Part shown: positions 50,461 to 62,936 of the stretch, one piece after another | Position numbering within the stretch: the first letter of the stretch is position 1 | How the letters are laid out: each line of letters begins with the position of its first letter | Assembly: GCF_036588685.1 (NCBI RefSeq) | Contig: NC_086378.1 | Location: 15,438,001-15,502,000 of the forward strand | Source: Mytilus trossulus | Taxonomy: Eukaryota | Length of the DNA stretch: 64,000 nucleotides | Reading direction: 5' to 3' | Notes under the pieces: generated by a model | What the model was told of the DNA's origin: nothing | The model's database searches: none | Seen by the model: the letters and a program-made list of their open reading frames with translations, nothing else | Made by a program: the position numbers and the translations under genes

Positions 50461-51300
50461 GTGTTCTGCTTCATTACCTTATAAATACTGTAATTTCATA
50501 TTAAAAATAATATTTGTGACAAGAATTTAAAATGTGTATAACATCTAGGAATAAACAATACATGAACATGGTGGTCGTCTTTTCTTTGTACATTTATATT
50601 AAGGCCGTCAATTTATCTCGTTTGAATTATTTTACATTTGTCATTTCGCCCTTTTATACATGTAGCTGACTATGTGGTATGGGCTTCGCTCATTGTTAAA
50701 GACTGCATTGTAACAAATAGTTTTAAATTCCATTATATTGACAACGATGTGTGAATAAGACAAACAGAAATTGAAGAGTTGTCATAAAAGGTTGTTGAAT
50801 TTCATTAATATTTTTGTCTTTATTGAGACACGAAAAAATTATTATTTATCTAGGTTTAACATTTTCCAATGGATTATCATTAAACTGTTTGTTGATTTTA
50901 CAGCCATGAAGACCCTGACGACACTGTATCTATAATTAGTTTATCTTCTGGGAAATGTACTTTGGATGCTTGACGACAAAGCAGATGACTGGACGTTGCC
51001 TTGAATGATTTTTACTGCGCATGCGTTACAGAATAATTGTGGATGAAAAGTAAAATTAATCAGTATAATGATTTGATCAATCAAATCTTCAAAAATTCCA
51101 CCAATAAAGAGAATTGTCTCGGAAAATGTTGTCCAATCGTAATTTATGGTACACATTGTCTGGTTTATGCTAATATTATGTTCGAATACGGAACAGATCA
51201 AAATAAATGACGACGGTGTTAGTTTTTTATTGTTTCAAAAGTTAACGGACGACAAGTGATGAGAAAAGCTTAACTGGCCTTAAAGACCAGAGCTTTTGTC

Positions 51301-53656
51301 TTACAATTCGTCATGTTCTTTTCTGTTATCATCTATCTCAATTAGTGTGTATATATCTGACCATAGTTCAGACGTCTCCATTTTGTAGAAACTTTGAAGA
51401 ACTGTTGGGATATCGAAGTTTAAATACATTCGTCCGCTCAAATCAAATGGTATCCAGAACATCGATCCAGGTCCACCTATTGGTCTACTGTAATACAAAA
51501 GAAACACATAAAAACAAAATAGAAAAGATTTATAAATTGATTGATTTTGGTATGGTTAACGTGCAGATGAAAATATTTCGTAAATTTTTAGGAGGATTTG
51601 AAATTATCTAATAAATCAAACAAACAAGTACTAGGCTTTACAAGATGGCCGACATGTATTATGGGTAGGTATACTTCTACCATAAAAAAAGGGTAAACAA
51701 TTAACTTTGCAACAGGTCACCCCGGAGTCCGAAAAGACGTATTGGTAGCGTTCTTTTACATGCAGAGAGCGCAGCATTATTCTTAAATTAGAGTTCGGAT
51801 TTAACCGTAACGTTCTCATTCCAACAGTTCATGGCTGCATTCTAATAATCAAGCGCGGCGCTACAACGACGCCCTTCTATGCCATGGGTTTTATTGTCAG
51901 TGGGAGAAGACCTGGAGAGCCTCTATGTCTATAGACTATAATAATTATAGTCTGCATTGAGGGTGTAGATAGAAAACACTTGGCTTAGCACAAAAATTAA
52001 CATATTATTCAAGGGTATCTTCCTGTTATACATGATACACAAACTGACTGTATTCGTCATTGAAATGTCCTACAGAAGACAAAAACAATAAAACAAAAAA
52101 ATATCTTCATGTATCACTTACCCTGATTTTGCGAAAGAAGTCCAATATTGTATTAAGTTTTTAGAAAATTGTTTCTCATCATCAGATATTTCATGGTCTC
52201 CAACTTTAAACAACCATATTAGATCGTCTCCATGCCCACTGCCTTCAAACCATTCAGGGGGAGTTCCTCCAAAGGGATCTGGACTAGTCTTAGAAAATAA
52301 ATACTGGTAAGTTTTTCCATTTTTCAAAGCTGCGTGGAATTCCAACATTTTTATGGAGGGATATGTGAACATAACATCTGCCAGAAGTTCTGTTGTTCTG
52401 AGACTCTGTTCTTTGGTAGATGCATCCGCTTTGTAAAAATTGCACATTTGTTCTATAATACTGTCGTCGCTTCTAAGATACTTCTCAACATAAGATGCAA
52501 TTATTGCCTCACACGCTACTTTGTGTGGAACTCCTTCCGTTACGTTAAAACTATAAAATTCTTGGAGTTCAGGAAATGTGATCAAATATAATAATGATCC
52601 TTCATTAGAAGTTGTTCCAGAAATAAAGTCAAGAGATCCGAAGAACTGAGAAACAGCAGACGTTTTGTCTTCCAAACTAACGATAGGATTTTCGGTAAAC
52701 AACTCGCCATCAACAACAGGATAACTATGCGATTTAAAAAATATATGCCTTTTTAATTTGTCTTCCGATACCGTCGAATAAAAGTCAGTAATATCTAAAA
52801 GTTCCTGAACTGTTTTTTCTCTTAAGCAATCTACGAATTTGAACTCATCTTCAATTGGACACAACGATTTTTTCGACAGTTGATTTGCATATTCTTGAAC
52901 TTCATCCTGTTTACGCATAAGGATTTTACTATGGACACCACTTTGACCAATAGCACGATGAAATAAACCTTTATTTGTAGATATAAGGGATTGAAGTGAT
53001 ACACTGTAGCCGCCTGCAGATTCTCCAAAAATAGTCACAGAATTCGGATTCCCGCCAAACATTTTAATATTATCATGAACCCACTGTAAAGCTAATTTCT
53101 GATCCCATAATGCATAGTTACCCCGTGCAGCTGGGTGATCTATGGCTAAAAATCCCAAAATACCGAGTCTGTAGTTAAAACTGACCATTATAATGTCCCC
53201 CTCTATTGCCATTCGCGAAAGATCTTCCTCATTTCCAAACCCAACTTCAAACCCCCCGCCATGAATCCAGACCATTACTGAAAAGTTATTCAATTTGTCT
53301 AATGAATTTGGTACGTACACATTCAAAAATAAACAGTCTTCAGATGTTGTAGGTCTTGATAATTCAGGCATAAAATCCGGAATATTTTGTGGACATGCTG
53401 AGCGAAAGGCAGTGGCATCTACTGTTTCTTTCCATAATCCGAAAGGCACTGGTTTCTTAAATCTTAGAGATCCAACAGGAGGTTTTCCAAATGGTATTCC
53501 ACGGAATTCGTATAAAGTGTCGCCAGTCTCAGCAAATATTCCCTTTACGCCTTTAATTGAACCCAATGAAGTTTTTAGTAAAGCGGTTTCTATCGTGTGT
53601 TCTGTTCTTACTATGGACAGGAACGATAGGTACAACGAACAGACTAAGACTCTCAT
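51301..53656 (-). CDS. Type-B carboxylesterase (carboxyl/cholinesterase family), 573 aa, with signal peptide and C-terminal HDEL
   Basis: Exons 53656-52122 (GTAAGT donor, phase 2) and 51487-51301. Motifs include FRGIPF, SEDCLFLNVY, WIHGGG, NYRLG, FGESAG (Ser), NEG (Glu), GHGDDL (His) and YWTSFAK. The protein ends KEHDEL*. Confidence 0.95.
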
Positions 53657-53888
53657 TTCCAAAATATATAACTGCAAAAGAAACAAAAAATCAACTTAGT
53701 TGTTCTGAAACTAAAAGTAGATATTATATATATTTGAATATAATATCATTAATTGAAATCACTAATTAAAAATGTTCTTTACAATTCAGACATTTTTAAC
53801 AATTTCAAATATCTTATAATCTACATAAGAACCTAAGGAAATTCACGTGTATTGTTTGAAATTTTTGTCCGATTTTCGGAATATTCTG

Positions 53889-54696
53889 GGCCCAGTTTCA
53901 CGAAGCTGTCTTACGACTATGACATGTCTTAGGATGGTCTAACGACATATCTTAGTCCTAAATGGGTTTCACAACGTGGTCCAAAATTAGGACATCTCTT
54001 AAAGTTGGTCATAAAGTTAGGACAAAGCGAGAGGTGTCTTATGATGGTCTTAGGATAGTTATACGTTTATTTAAATAAATTACACTCATTTTTTATATTA
54101 ATTTTGAAAAAAATAACTTATTATCATCTAATTATCTATTCTCCTATTCCTGCTTATAACGTTATCTTTCTAGATTGACGGATTATCATGATTTGTCAAC
54201 AATGAAAATTCGATGTATTGATATCAAGATTGCACGATTTTATCCCTTAACCTTATATAATCAATAAAGTCGAAATTGAATTAAACTCACTTGTACCAAC
54301 AAATGTCATCATTTTATATTCCTTTTTTCCTAATTTTGCATTCAAAATTTCATATTCATATTGATGTATTGTTTCAAGATAATTTATATATAAATTACTT
54401 TTATTTTTTACATTTATATTTATTTTGAAAATTATGTCATTATATTAATCAATACGTTTAGAATAATTTATGGTAAGACATACTATTATTACATGATTTT
54501 TTTCCGTAAATCATATTTATATTTGAAAATTTAAGAACTTGCGACAGGTTTAGGATGTCTTAGCTAAGATCATCCTAATACAGCTTCGAGACGAGGTCTG
54601 TGATATGTCCTAGGATAGTCATAAGAGGATCATAAGACATCATGTCCTAAGATATATCTTATGACATGTCTTAGGATAGCTTCGTGAAACCGGCCC
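53889..54696. mobile_element. PIF/Harbinger-type MITE
   Basis: TIRs GGCCCAGTTTCACGAAGCT / AGCTTCGTGAAACCGGCCC, CTG on both flanks, and TCTTA/TAAGA subrepeats. Confidence 0.75.
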
Positions 54697-55556
54697 CTGG
54701 TTTTAGCCATTTGAAAGCCTTAAAATATTTGCCATTTTTCTTTTTATAAATCTTTTACATGTATAATTATAAGCCATCATTCTGTATTTTTTTTAATAGT
54801 TTCTGAGAACTCCAACTTCTCAATGATAAAGCAATGAAAAAGAGAGAACATTTTCCCGCCACACTTTCAATGTTTTATATCTCGAAAACAAGCAGATTGA
54901 CCTATACTTAATTTCAATTTTGCTCTTTATGTTCCTTTATCAAATCCCTATCAATATATAAAAGTGGTATGAGAAGCTTGTTATTTTAAAACTGAGAAGC
55001 GAACTGCCTTAAAGAGACATATACATGTATAAACATTCACAATTACATTTGCGGGTTTATGCTCACTGTCATAATATTAATCTGAGTGTCAAGCTTGTGA
55101 TATATACGTTCTTTTAGTAATGTTTAACGGGAAGTAATTTTAAGCTAAGAATTTCTTAAAAACATCTATTTTTTATTACAACTTACATGTATTTCTATCA
55201 TACAGCTACAGCAATGATATTATTCTCATGAGGTTTTTTTCATAGTAAACAAATGTGATCATATTAACTTATATATTAAAACGATTATTACTCTTCTTAA
55301 TGTATTAAAATCCCTTTCTTACTGTACAAATTGTGCATGTAGCTTTATTTGTTATGGACTTAAAATCTTATTGAATTATGAATTTAAAAGTACGTGTAAT
55401 CGTGTATTGTAAAATTAATGGCTACATTTCCTATCTACATTTAGTTTTTAAAAAGATTTAATAAATCCAAATTTATAAAATCATATACTCTTTAATCAGT
55501 TGTATGCTAAGTCAGCGTTGACTTAAACTGTTCTTTAATAAAAGCAAATATGTATA

Positions 55557-58209
55557 GGCCGTGTTCACATTGACCTAAACTCGGTGTTGTGTTAGTTTAA
55601 CTTACACTTAAACTAAACATAATCACGTTCCCATTGATAAAACTCAATGTTTACATGTAGTTTAAATCGTGTTTTGTCTACATGCAGTCGATAGTCGATG
55701 TAGGCCTTGTGTAGGTTAAGTGTACACAAAACTAGGCATTTAGAACTGTAATTTTCCCATTTATTTAAAAAAGAAACGAATTTTACATAAAATTGATACT
55801 TATATATACGGGGCGCCGAATGGGACTCTTGTGGTTTTGTACTCAAAATTCAATTTTGTACGGACAAAAGTGACTTTTGTTCAACAAAAATGAGTTCAGT
55901 TTAACAAAATTTGTATCATACTACAAATTTGTAATTTTGTCATACAAAATTATCTATCAGCGGACAAAAGTCACTTTTGTCATGACAAAATTCATTTTTG
56001 TTACACAGACTTGACTTTTGTTACCTAATTTGAAAATTGAGCGACAAAAGTCAATTTTGTATTCAAATTAGTAAAGTTTGGTTTCTGTGAACTAATTTGC
56101 ATACAAAATCGACTTTTGTTACACAAAATTGACTTTTGTTAAACAAAATTGACTTTTGTTACACAAAATTGACTTTTGTTACACAAAATTGACTTTTGTT
56201 ACACAAAATTGACTTTTGTTACACAAAATTGACTTTTGTTACACAAAATTGACTTTTGTGAGACAAAATTGACCAATGTGAGACAAAATTGACTTTTGTC
56301 TCAACAAAATTGACAAAATTGAATTTTGTCTCAACAAAATTGACAAAATTGAATTTTGTCTCAACAAAATTAACAAAATTGAATTTTGTCTCAACAAAAT
56401 TAACAAAATTGAATTTTGTCTCAACAAAATTGAATTGTGTCTCAACAAAATTAACAAAATTGAATTTTGTCTCAACAAAATTGATTTTTGTCTCACGAAA
56501 GTCAATTTTGTCTCACGAAAGTCAATTTTGTCGTCACAAAAATGAATTTTGTCGTCACAAAATTGACTTTTGTCTCAACAAAATTTACAAAATTGACTTT
56601 TGTCTCAACAAAAATGACAAAATTGAATTTTGTCTCACAAAATTGACTTTTGTCTCAACAAAATTTACAAAATTGACTTTTGTCTCAACAAAATTTACAA
56701 AATTGACTTTTGTCTCAACAAAATTGACTTTTGTCTCAACAAAATTGACTTTTGTCTCAACAAAAATGACAAAATTGAATTTTGTCTCAACAAAAATGAC
56801 AAAATTGAATTTTGTCTCACAAAAGTCAATTTTGTCTCACAAAAGTTAATTTTGTCTCACAAAAGTTAATTTTGTTTCACAAAAGTCAATTTTGTCTCAC
56901 AAAATTGAATCTTACCTTACACAAATGACTTTTGTGATTTAATTTCCATATCAGGTAACAAAAGTCAATTTTGTATGCAAATATGTTTATATTTGCATAC
57001 CTTTTAGACAAAATTGACTTTTGTCATGACAAATATGAATTTTGTCTACAAAAATGAATTTTGTCATAACAAAAATGAATTTTGTCCAAACAAATGAATT
57101 TTGTCATCACAAAATTGAAGTTCTCACAAAACAAGTCTGTAGCACATAGTTTTGTAAGACAAAAATGATTTTGTTATGACAGAATTGAATTTTGTACAAA
57201 ACCACAAGAGTCCCATTCGGCGCCCCGTAATATAACACTTATTAATAAAGTTATTTACAGAAATATTTCTCTAAACTTGATATATTTTTTTGTTATACAA
57301 ATACTTTATGTAGCATTATTAACCCCTTATCAAGACTCATCCATCGATCCATCATTGCCGAACACATAATTCATATGACAAGGTCTTCCCGAATCGACTG
57401 GACATTCATGTACACACTGACAAAAATATTTGCCACTGGTCTATACTCAAACAACGAATCATTCATAAATGCAATACTGAAAAAGGTGAGGTTAACTTTT
57501 TTTGTGTAGTATCTCAGATCCGTTAAAATACAATTAGAAAAAAAAACAATTTCCCCCTCCTTTTGCCAAATACTCCTTGGAGAAAAAAATACTATTTAAA
57601 ACAAACGGAAAGATAGAAATGTAGTGATCCTCTTTAAAACATCGCATTTTTTTTTCTTTGTCTGTAAGCACGGTGATGCAGCCTACGTTTTTAAAGCGTA
57701 ATCGAGACCTCTTTAAACTACTGCAAATCAACCAAAATGACTTTCTCAAAGGAGTAACCACTTTACTTAAAAAAGAAAAGGGAGGAGGGGGGTCTGAGTC
57801 CGAATTTGTTTCTCGCGCGAAATTTTATATTTTTTTTTTCGATGGTACCAATTTAATATTTAACACTATATTGTATGGGGAAACTTTGGATTCAAAATAT
57901 TTGTTCATTCTAATCATCTGTATGACCCGATTTTTTTAAATCAATTTGCAGAAAAATCCATCCCCCCTTTTTTTTAAAAAGTCAAATGGTCGTTCCTTAA
58001 CTGCTTATACAGTTGTTTGTAAATTTGAATTCGGTTCTACGTAATCAACATTTAAATGACATATTGTTTAAAAATGTGAACAAATCTTATGTACAGGTAA
58101 CTAAACAAGGTGTATAGATCTGAACAAATGTCATGTGAAACTAGTGTACATTACACTAAACCAAACGTAAACATGTTTACTGTACACGGCGTTTGGTGTG
58201 AACACGGCC
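55557..58209. mobile_element. TIR element (GGCCGTGTTCACA ends) hosting nested insertions
   Basis: GGCCGTGTTCACA at 55557 and TGTGAACACGGCC ending at 58209, with TA on both flanks. Confidence 0.65.
55807..57229. mobile_element. Non-autonomous TACGG..CCGTA element filled with a 20/30-bp minisatellite (probable IS3EU-type MITE)
   Basis: Perfect 36-bp TIR TACGGGGCGCCGAATGGGACTCTTGTGGTTTTGTAC. The interior is made of ACAAAATTGA(C/A)TTTTGT units. ATATA lies on both flanks. Confidence 0.85.
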
Positions 58210-60130
58210 TAAGTTAAACAAATGTATAACCCGCGGAGCGCATATCAGCTGCTCACTTGCAAGTGTTGTATTTCATTTTTTACCAACCCACATGTGTTAT
58301 GGAAGAACTTTTGTATTAAACATTATTATTCACTCTGAAGAATATCTGTATTTTGGGCATGAGTTCTAAGCAAGTTGTACATGTATGCGTTACACAGTTA
58401 TGATAAACTAAGATTTAGGTAAATGATTCTATATGCGGTATATTATTTATACTGGGTGAATGGAACATCTGGTTGACAGAAGTACAAAACCAGCAGTTAA
58501 TTGTACAGCCTTATCCAATATGTACATGCAGATTATTTGGAGTAAAATTCACAAAGAACATGTAAGTTATAAAAAAAACACTAAGATGGCAACTCCTAAA
58601 TGCAACCTATAGCTGTGTTGGTTAGTCACATAAAATGTATCATGATTCTGTTGTTTTTTGCATTTCGTAGCTTCCAGTACTAGTGCTATTGTCTATTCTA
58701 GTTGTCTGTATTTCCAAACCAACCAATGAACATGCATGTTGTAGGTCGTACAATGTACCATAACATATAGTTGGTAATTATTGTGTCATTTTTGTATTTT
58801 GTGAAGAGTTGTTTCATTGAGTAGACCACAACATCTATTTTTTATAAGTAAAAAATATTGCTAATTGAAAAAAGACGAACAGACATTTCGATAAAAAAAA
58901 ACCTGTTTTAGATGCAAAAAAAACCCTAAAGACTGATCAACACGACCCAAAAGAAAGTTCCCCGCTGGAACTATTTTATCATTGATTTAGATTTTTGTTC
59001 CTGTACTTACGACTTTGCGATTTGTATTAAAAAAGGGGGATATCGACACGAAACATACATGTATGTCGAGTCGGTTGTTTTTAACACAAGGTTAAAGACC
59101 ACTAGCAATATTCATGTTCTCAAAGAGGAATATGATCAATAATGTCGTTCGGTGAGTCTTTCGTTCACTTTCTTTTGATGTACAATATTTCTTAAGAGAT
59201 ATTTTACAGTCAAAAGTGGTAAAAAAACAAGTGCATTATTTAGATTTATCCAGGCTGTATATTTCCCCCCTTTTTACCATTAAAATACCTGTAAAACTTT
59301 ACTTACCTTTGTGCTCGGCCAGCTATTTACCTAGATGTAGTTATTATTTATAAATCAGCAATATTTAAATATTTCTATATATATATATAGTCAACTTTTA
59401 AGGGTACTAAGGGTATAAGATATGGAGTTTTAAATTAAACTTATATGTGAGGTAAATGATCATTAATTATAAGTAAACGTAGTTCAATATGTAAGACTGT
59501 TCAAGTGGTTCATTTGTAGGTTAAGTCTGTTTTAATTTCCAAATAGAATCGACGAAAAATAATTCTTTAAATAGCAAGTGACAATAATGAATATAAGAAA
59601 TACCAATGATTTTGTGACCATTCCGATACAGCTCATAAACGTGATTCAAATTTATGGAAAAAAATGAAAACATGTACTACGGTACAGTAAACAGTAAAAT
59701 ATATATATATATATATATCGACGATTTGAAAATAAGTCGTCAAGTCCTTTAACATAATGATGTATTCAGTGTCGGATCCAGAGGGGAAAACCCCTCCCTC
59801 TATTGTAAATCAATGCATTTGCATGGTTGGTAGGTACTCACCTTGTCCCTAGGTTGGGACCCCCTGTAAAAAATGGCCAGATCCGCCCCTCACACTTAAC
59901 CTGTTCGTACACGTACACAACAATGTAACTTGTGTTTTAGTTTGATATTGTTGGTAAAATTCCTCAATCAGAATTAGGAATACGAGTGCGTTCTTTCTAG
60001 CGGATACAAAGGTTTAAATATATGGACCTAATTAAGGTTTATGACCCCTTCTGTAGCCATTTTTGTACGAACTTTTCAAACTTCAATTGTATCAAAACTA
60101 CAGATATATTGATTAATAGAGATAGGCTAT

Positions 60131-60688
60131 TTTGTACATTTTCCAAGGGGAAACTTGATGCAAAGCATTATTTTCTACTGTTTCATTGCATTAAATTTAA
60201 CAGAAAAAGAGGACTTTGTGGCAAATAAATCAAAATTTTTATAGAAAATTCACAGCCTTTATCCTTGTACTCTCATATTTGGCAATTTGATGACTAATAT
60301 ATTTAGGATTATTGCATGCAGTGCTAGCATTGATTTCCTTAAAACAAGTTTATAAATGTAGTCATTGGTTAAAACAAATATATATATGGGCAAAACCAAG
60401 TACACCTTATAGGGTGCGCTCGACTTTAGTGACGCAGCACAAGGTGTTTTGGAATTTACATGTTGCTTAGAACTTTTTGTAAAAAATAAACCCTAGCACA
60501 TCATAAAAAAATCAAGTGAGTAATTTGTGTTTCAAATTTTATAACAAAAATCTCTGTATTATAGGCTGTGGATTTTCTATAAAAATCTTGATTTATTTGC
60601 CACAAAGTCCTTTTTTTCTATTAAATGCAATGAAATAGTAAAACACAATTCTTTGCATTAAGTTTCCACTGGGAATATGTACAAAATA
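60131..60688. repeat. ~130-bp inverted repeat pair
   Basis: 60131-60263 is the imperfect reverse complement of 60558-60688. Confidence 0.7.
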
Positions 60689-61118
60689 CTGTACGACATT
60701 CGAACGCAGGTGGAAGAAAGCTCCGCTGATGTAGACCCTCAGGTAATTGGTGCACTCCGGGAATCTTGCAAATACATCCGTACTTACAACTGACGAGATG
60801 TATGATTCACATTGGGTTAATACATTTAATTGGGTATAACCGTGACATTCAGTGGAAAACATTTGACTTAATTTTTATTCTAATAGAATTTTAATATATA
60901 TGCTTTGGGGTGTTTATCTTGGAGATCGGGGCAAAATTAACACGTTTTCGGGTCATTGCAACAACTTATACGTACAATATCAGTGCTATTCAAAATCAAA
61001 TATTTAGCAGATCTATCCGTTTCCCCTTTCCAAGAAAGATCCTTGCACTTTTATTTTTAAACTAAATTGCAATTGGAACACGCAGGAAGTAGATTTTACA
61101 TTCCATCCAAAATGATAT

Positions 61119-61975
61119 CCATATGAGTATTTGGACCATACGCGTATGGCCATGACCATATCTGTATACTCATATGGTCCGACTATACGCGCATGGTCGG
61201 ACCATATGAATATAATACTCGTTTGGTTATTAACGGGCCGGACCATATGAGTATTTGGACCATATAGTTTTGTTTTTCAAATGACATAATAAACGTTTCA
61301 ATAATATAAAAAACTTTATCTTAATTTGTGCATGATCCTTTTCATTTACACCTTTTGTTTGCGAGTGAAATATAGCCTTTTTTTTGCAGCTGCGTACATT
61401 GATACCGAGGTCTATGGCCATTCTGAGGTCTGCGGTGTTTTTAAGAAGCTCTTAGACTAGATCTCAAATATCGTAAAATAACTGCAATACACAGTATTCA
61501 CAAGACAAATTAAATAAACTATGATTCTTTCCAGTGACTTCTTGTGTAACAGTTCATCATAACAAAACATTGGATTTTTTTTTTTTAGTCGACATATTGA
61601 CATTCACTCGTAATAACAGATCGGTAATGACCATCGGTATAAAATGTGTTTACTATGAATTTGACAATTAGGTAAAATATCTATGCGAAACTTCTTATTT
61701 TTATTTAGCTTATCTTTTTATTATGATGTAATAATAAAATAACCTATATGAATTTAATGCGTCTTTTTATAAATGAAAGGGCATACCATATGAAGAGTAA
61801 AGAAGTATTAAAAGTAAACTGTAAAAAAGTGTGTTAATTAACCCGACCATACGTGTACGGTCGGACCATACGCGTATGGTCGGACCATACGCGTATGGTC
61901 GGACCATATATGAGTATATACCCATATGGTCATGACCATACGCGTATGGTCCAAATACTCATATGGTCTGGAACA
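61119..61975. mobile_element. TIR element with the palindromic subrepeat GACCATACGCGTATGGTC
   Basis: ~85-bp inverted arms (CCATATGAGTATTTGGACCATACGCGTATGG...). The left tip appears truncated and no TSD is identifiable. Confidence 0.7.
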
Positions 61976-62391
61976 TGTATATATATGTAATTCATTTGTA
62001 ATAATGATTGAACCTGGACTTTGTTTGTGAAATTGACAACGCCCGCACTTGTTTGTTTGCCGCTACGTGAGACCTGTCCAGAAAGAGTGACACACATTCA
62101 GTCTCTTTTCAGGAGGAGGAGACAAACCTATTTCTTAGAGTGAATAAATTATGCTCTTTAAATATTTGTCGCTGGTTTTTACAAAATTAATAAATCAATG
62201 ACTGATTCATTTAGCATGTCATATGCTTTACTTTATGCAAACTGAAACCAATCAATCAATCAATTGATCAATCAAGCCATTAATGAACCAATGAACCAAT
62301 CAATAGATACATTTTGTACATTAACCGAACAACCAAACTACTTGATAATTGATATTATGCACTGTTTGAACATGACGAAATGTTAAAGAAC

Positions 62392-62805
62392 TGAAAACAA
62401 CACGTTAATAATGTCTTGCGTCCGAAGCGCTTTTCTGGATTTACCTTCATCAGGAACGATCAAAGCCAAACATTTGAAATCCGAAGATGTATAAGTACCG
62501 AAACCGTTGAAGAGCTACGTATATGCAAAAAATACCTAATTCTTCTAAAGCCAACTTTGCCTGAGGGAGTTGAAACCTTAGTTTCTTAATAATTTCAAAA
62601 TTTATAAACGGACAATTTTAGTAAAGTTTGTTAAATCATGTCAGTACTGAAATACTAACTACTGAGCTGATGATACCCTCGGGGACTGATACTCCACCAG
62701 CAGAGGTATCGACCCAGTGATGTAAAAAATTGAAAACAACACGTTAATAATGTCTTGCATTCGAAGCGCTTTTCTGGATTTATCTTCATCAGGAACGCTT
62801 GCAAG
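62392..62805 (-). ncRNA. Retrozyme family B with two hammerheads 339 nt apart
   Basis: Motifs at 62418-62458 (core intact) and 62757-62798 (stem substitutions). Confidence 0.75.
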
Positions 62806-62936
62806 CCAGAATATCCATACGACGTTTCTGTAATTCAGGTTCATTAGACTACATCTCAACAACACAGACGTACCACTATAAACACTAACTAACACATTAT
62901 GTTAGAGCCATCGACAAAAATAAACAGATTTTTTCC

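Noticed and set aside
52334-53769. Plus-strand ORFs overlapping the carboxylesterase, and 46778-47603 overlapping the integrase
   Set aside because: These are antisense shadows of real coding exons.
56239-56869. Repetitive ORFs (TKLNFVS, KIDFCLN)
   Set aside because: These are minisatellite translations inside a MITE.
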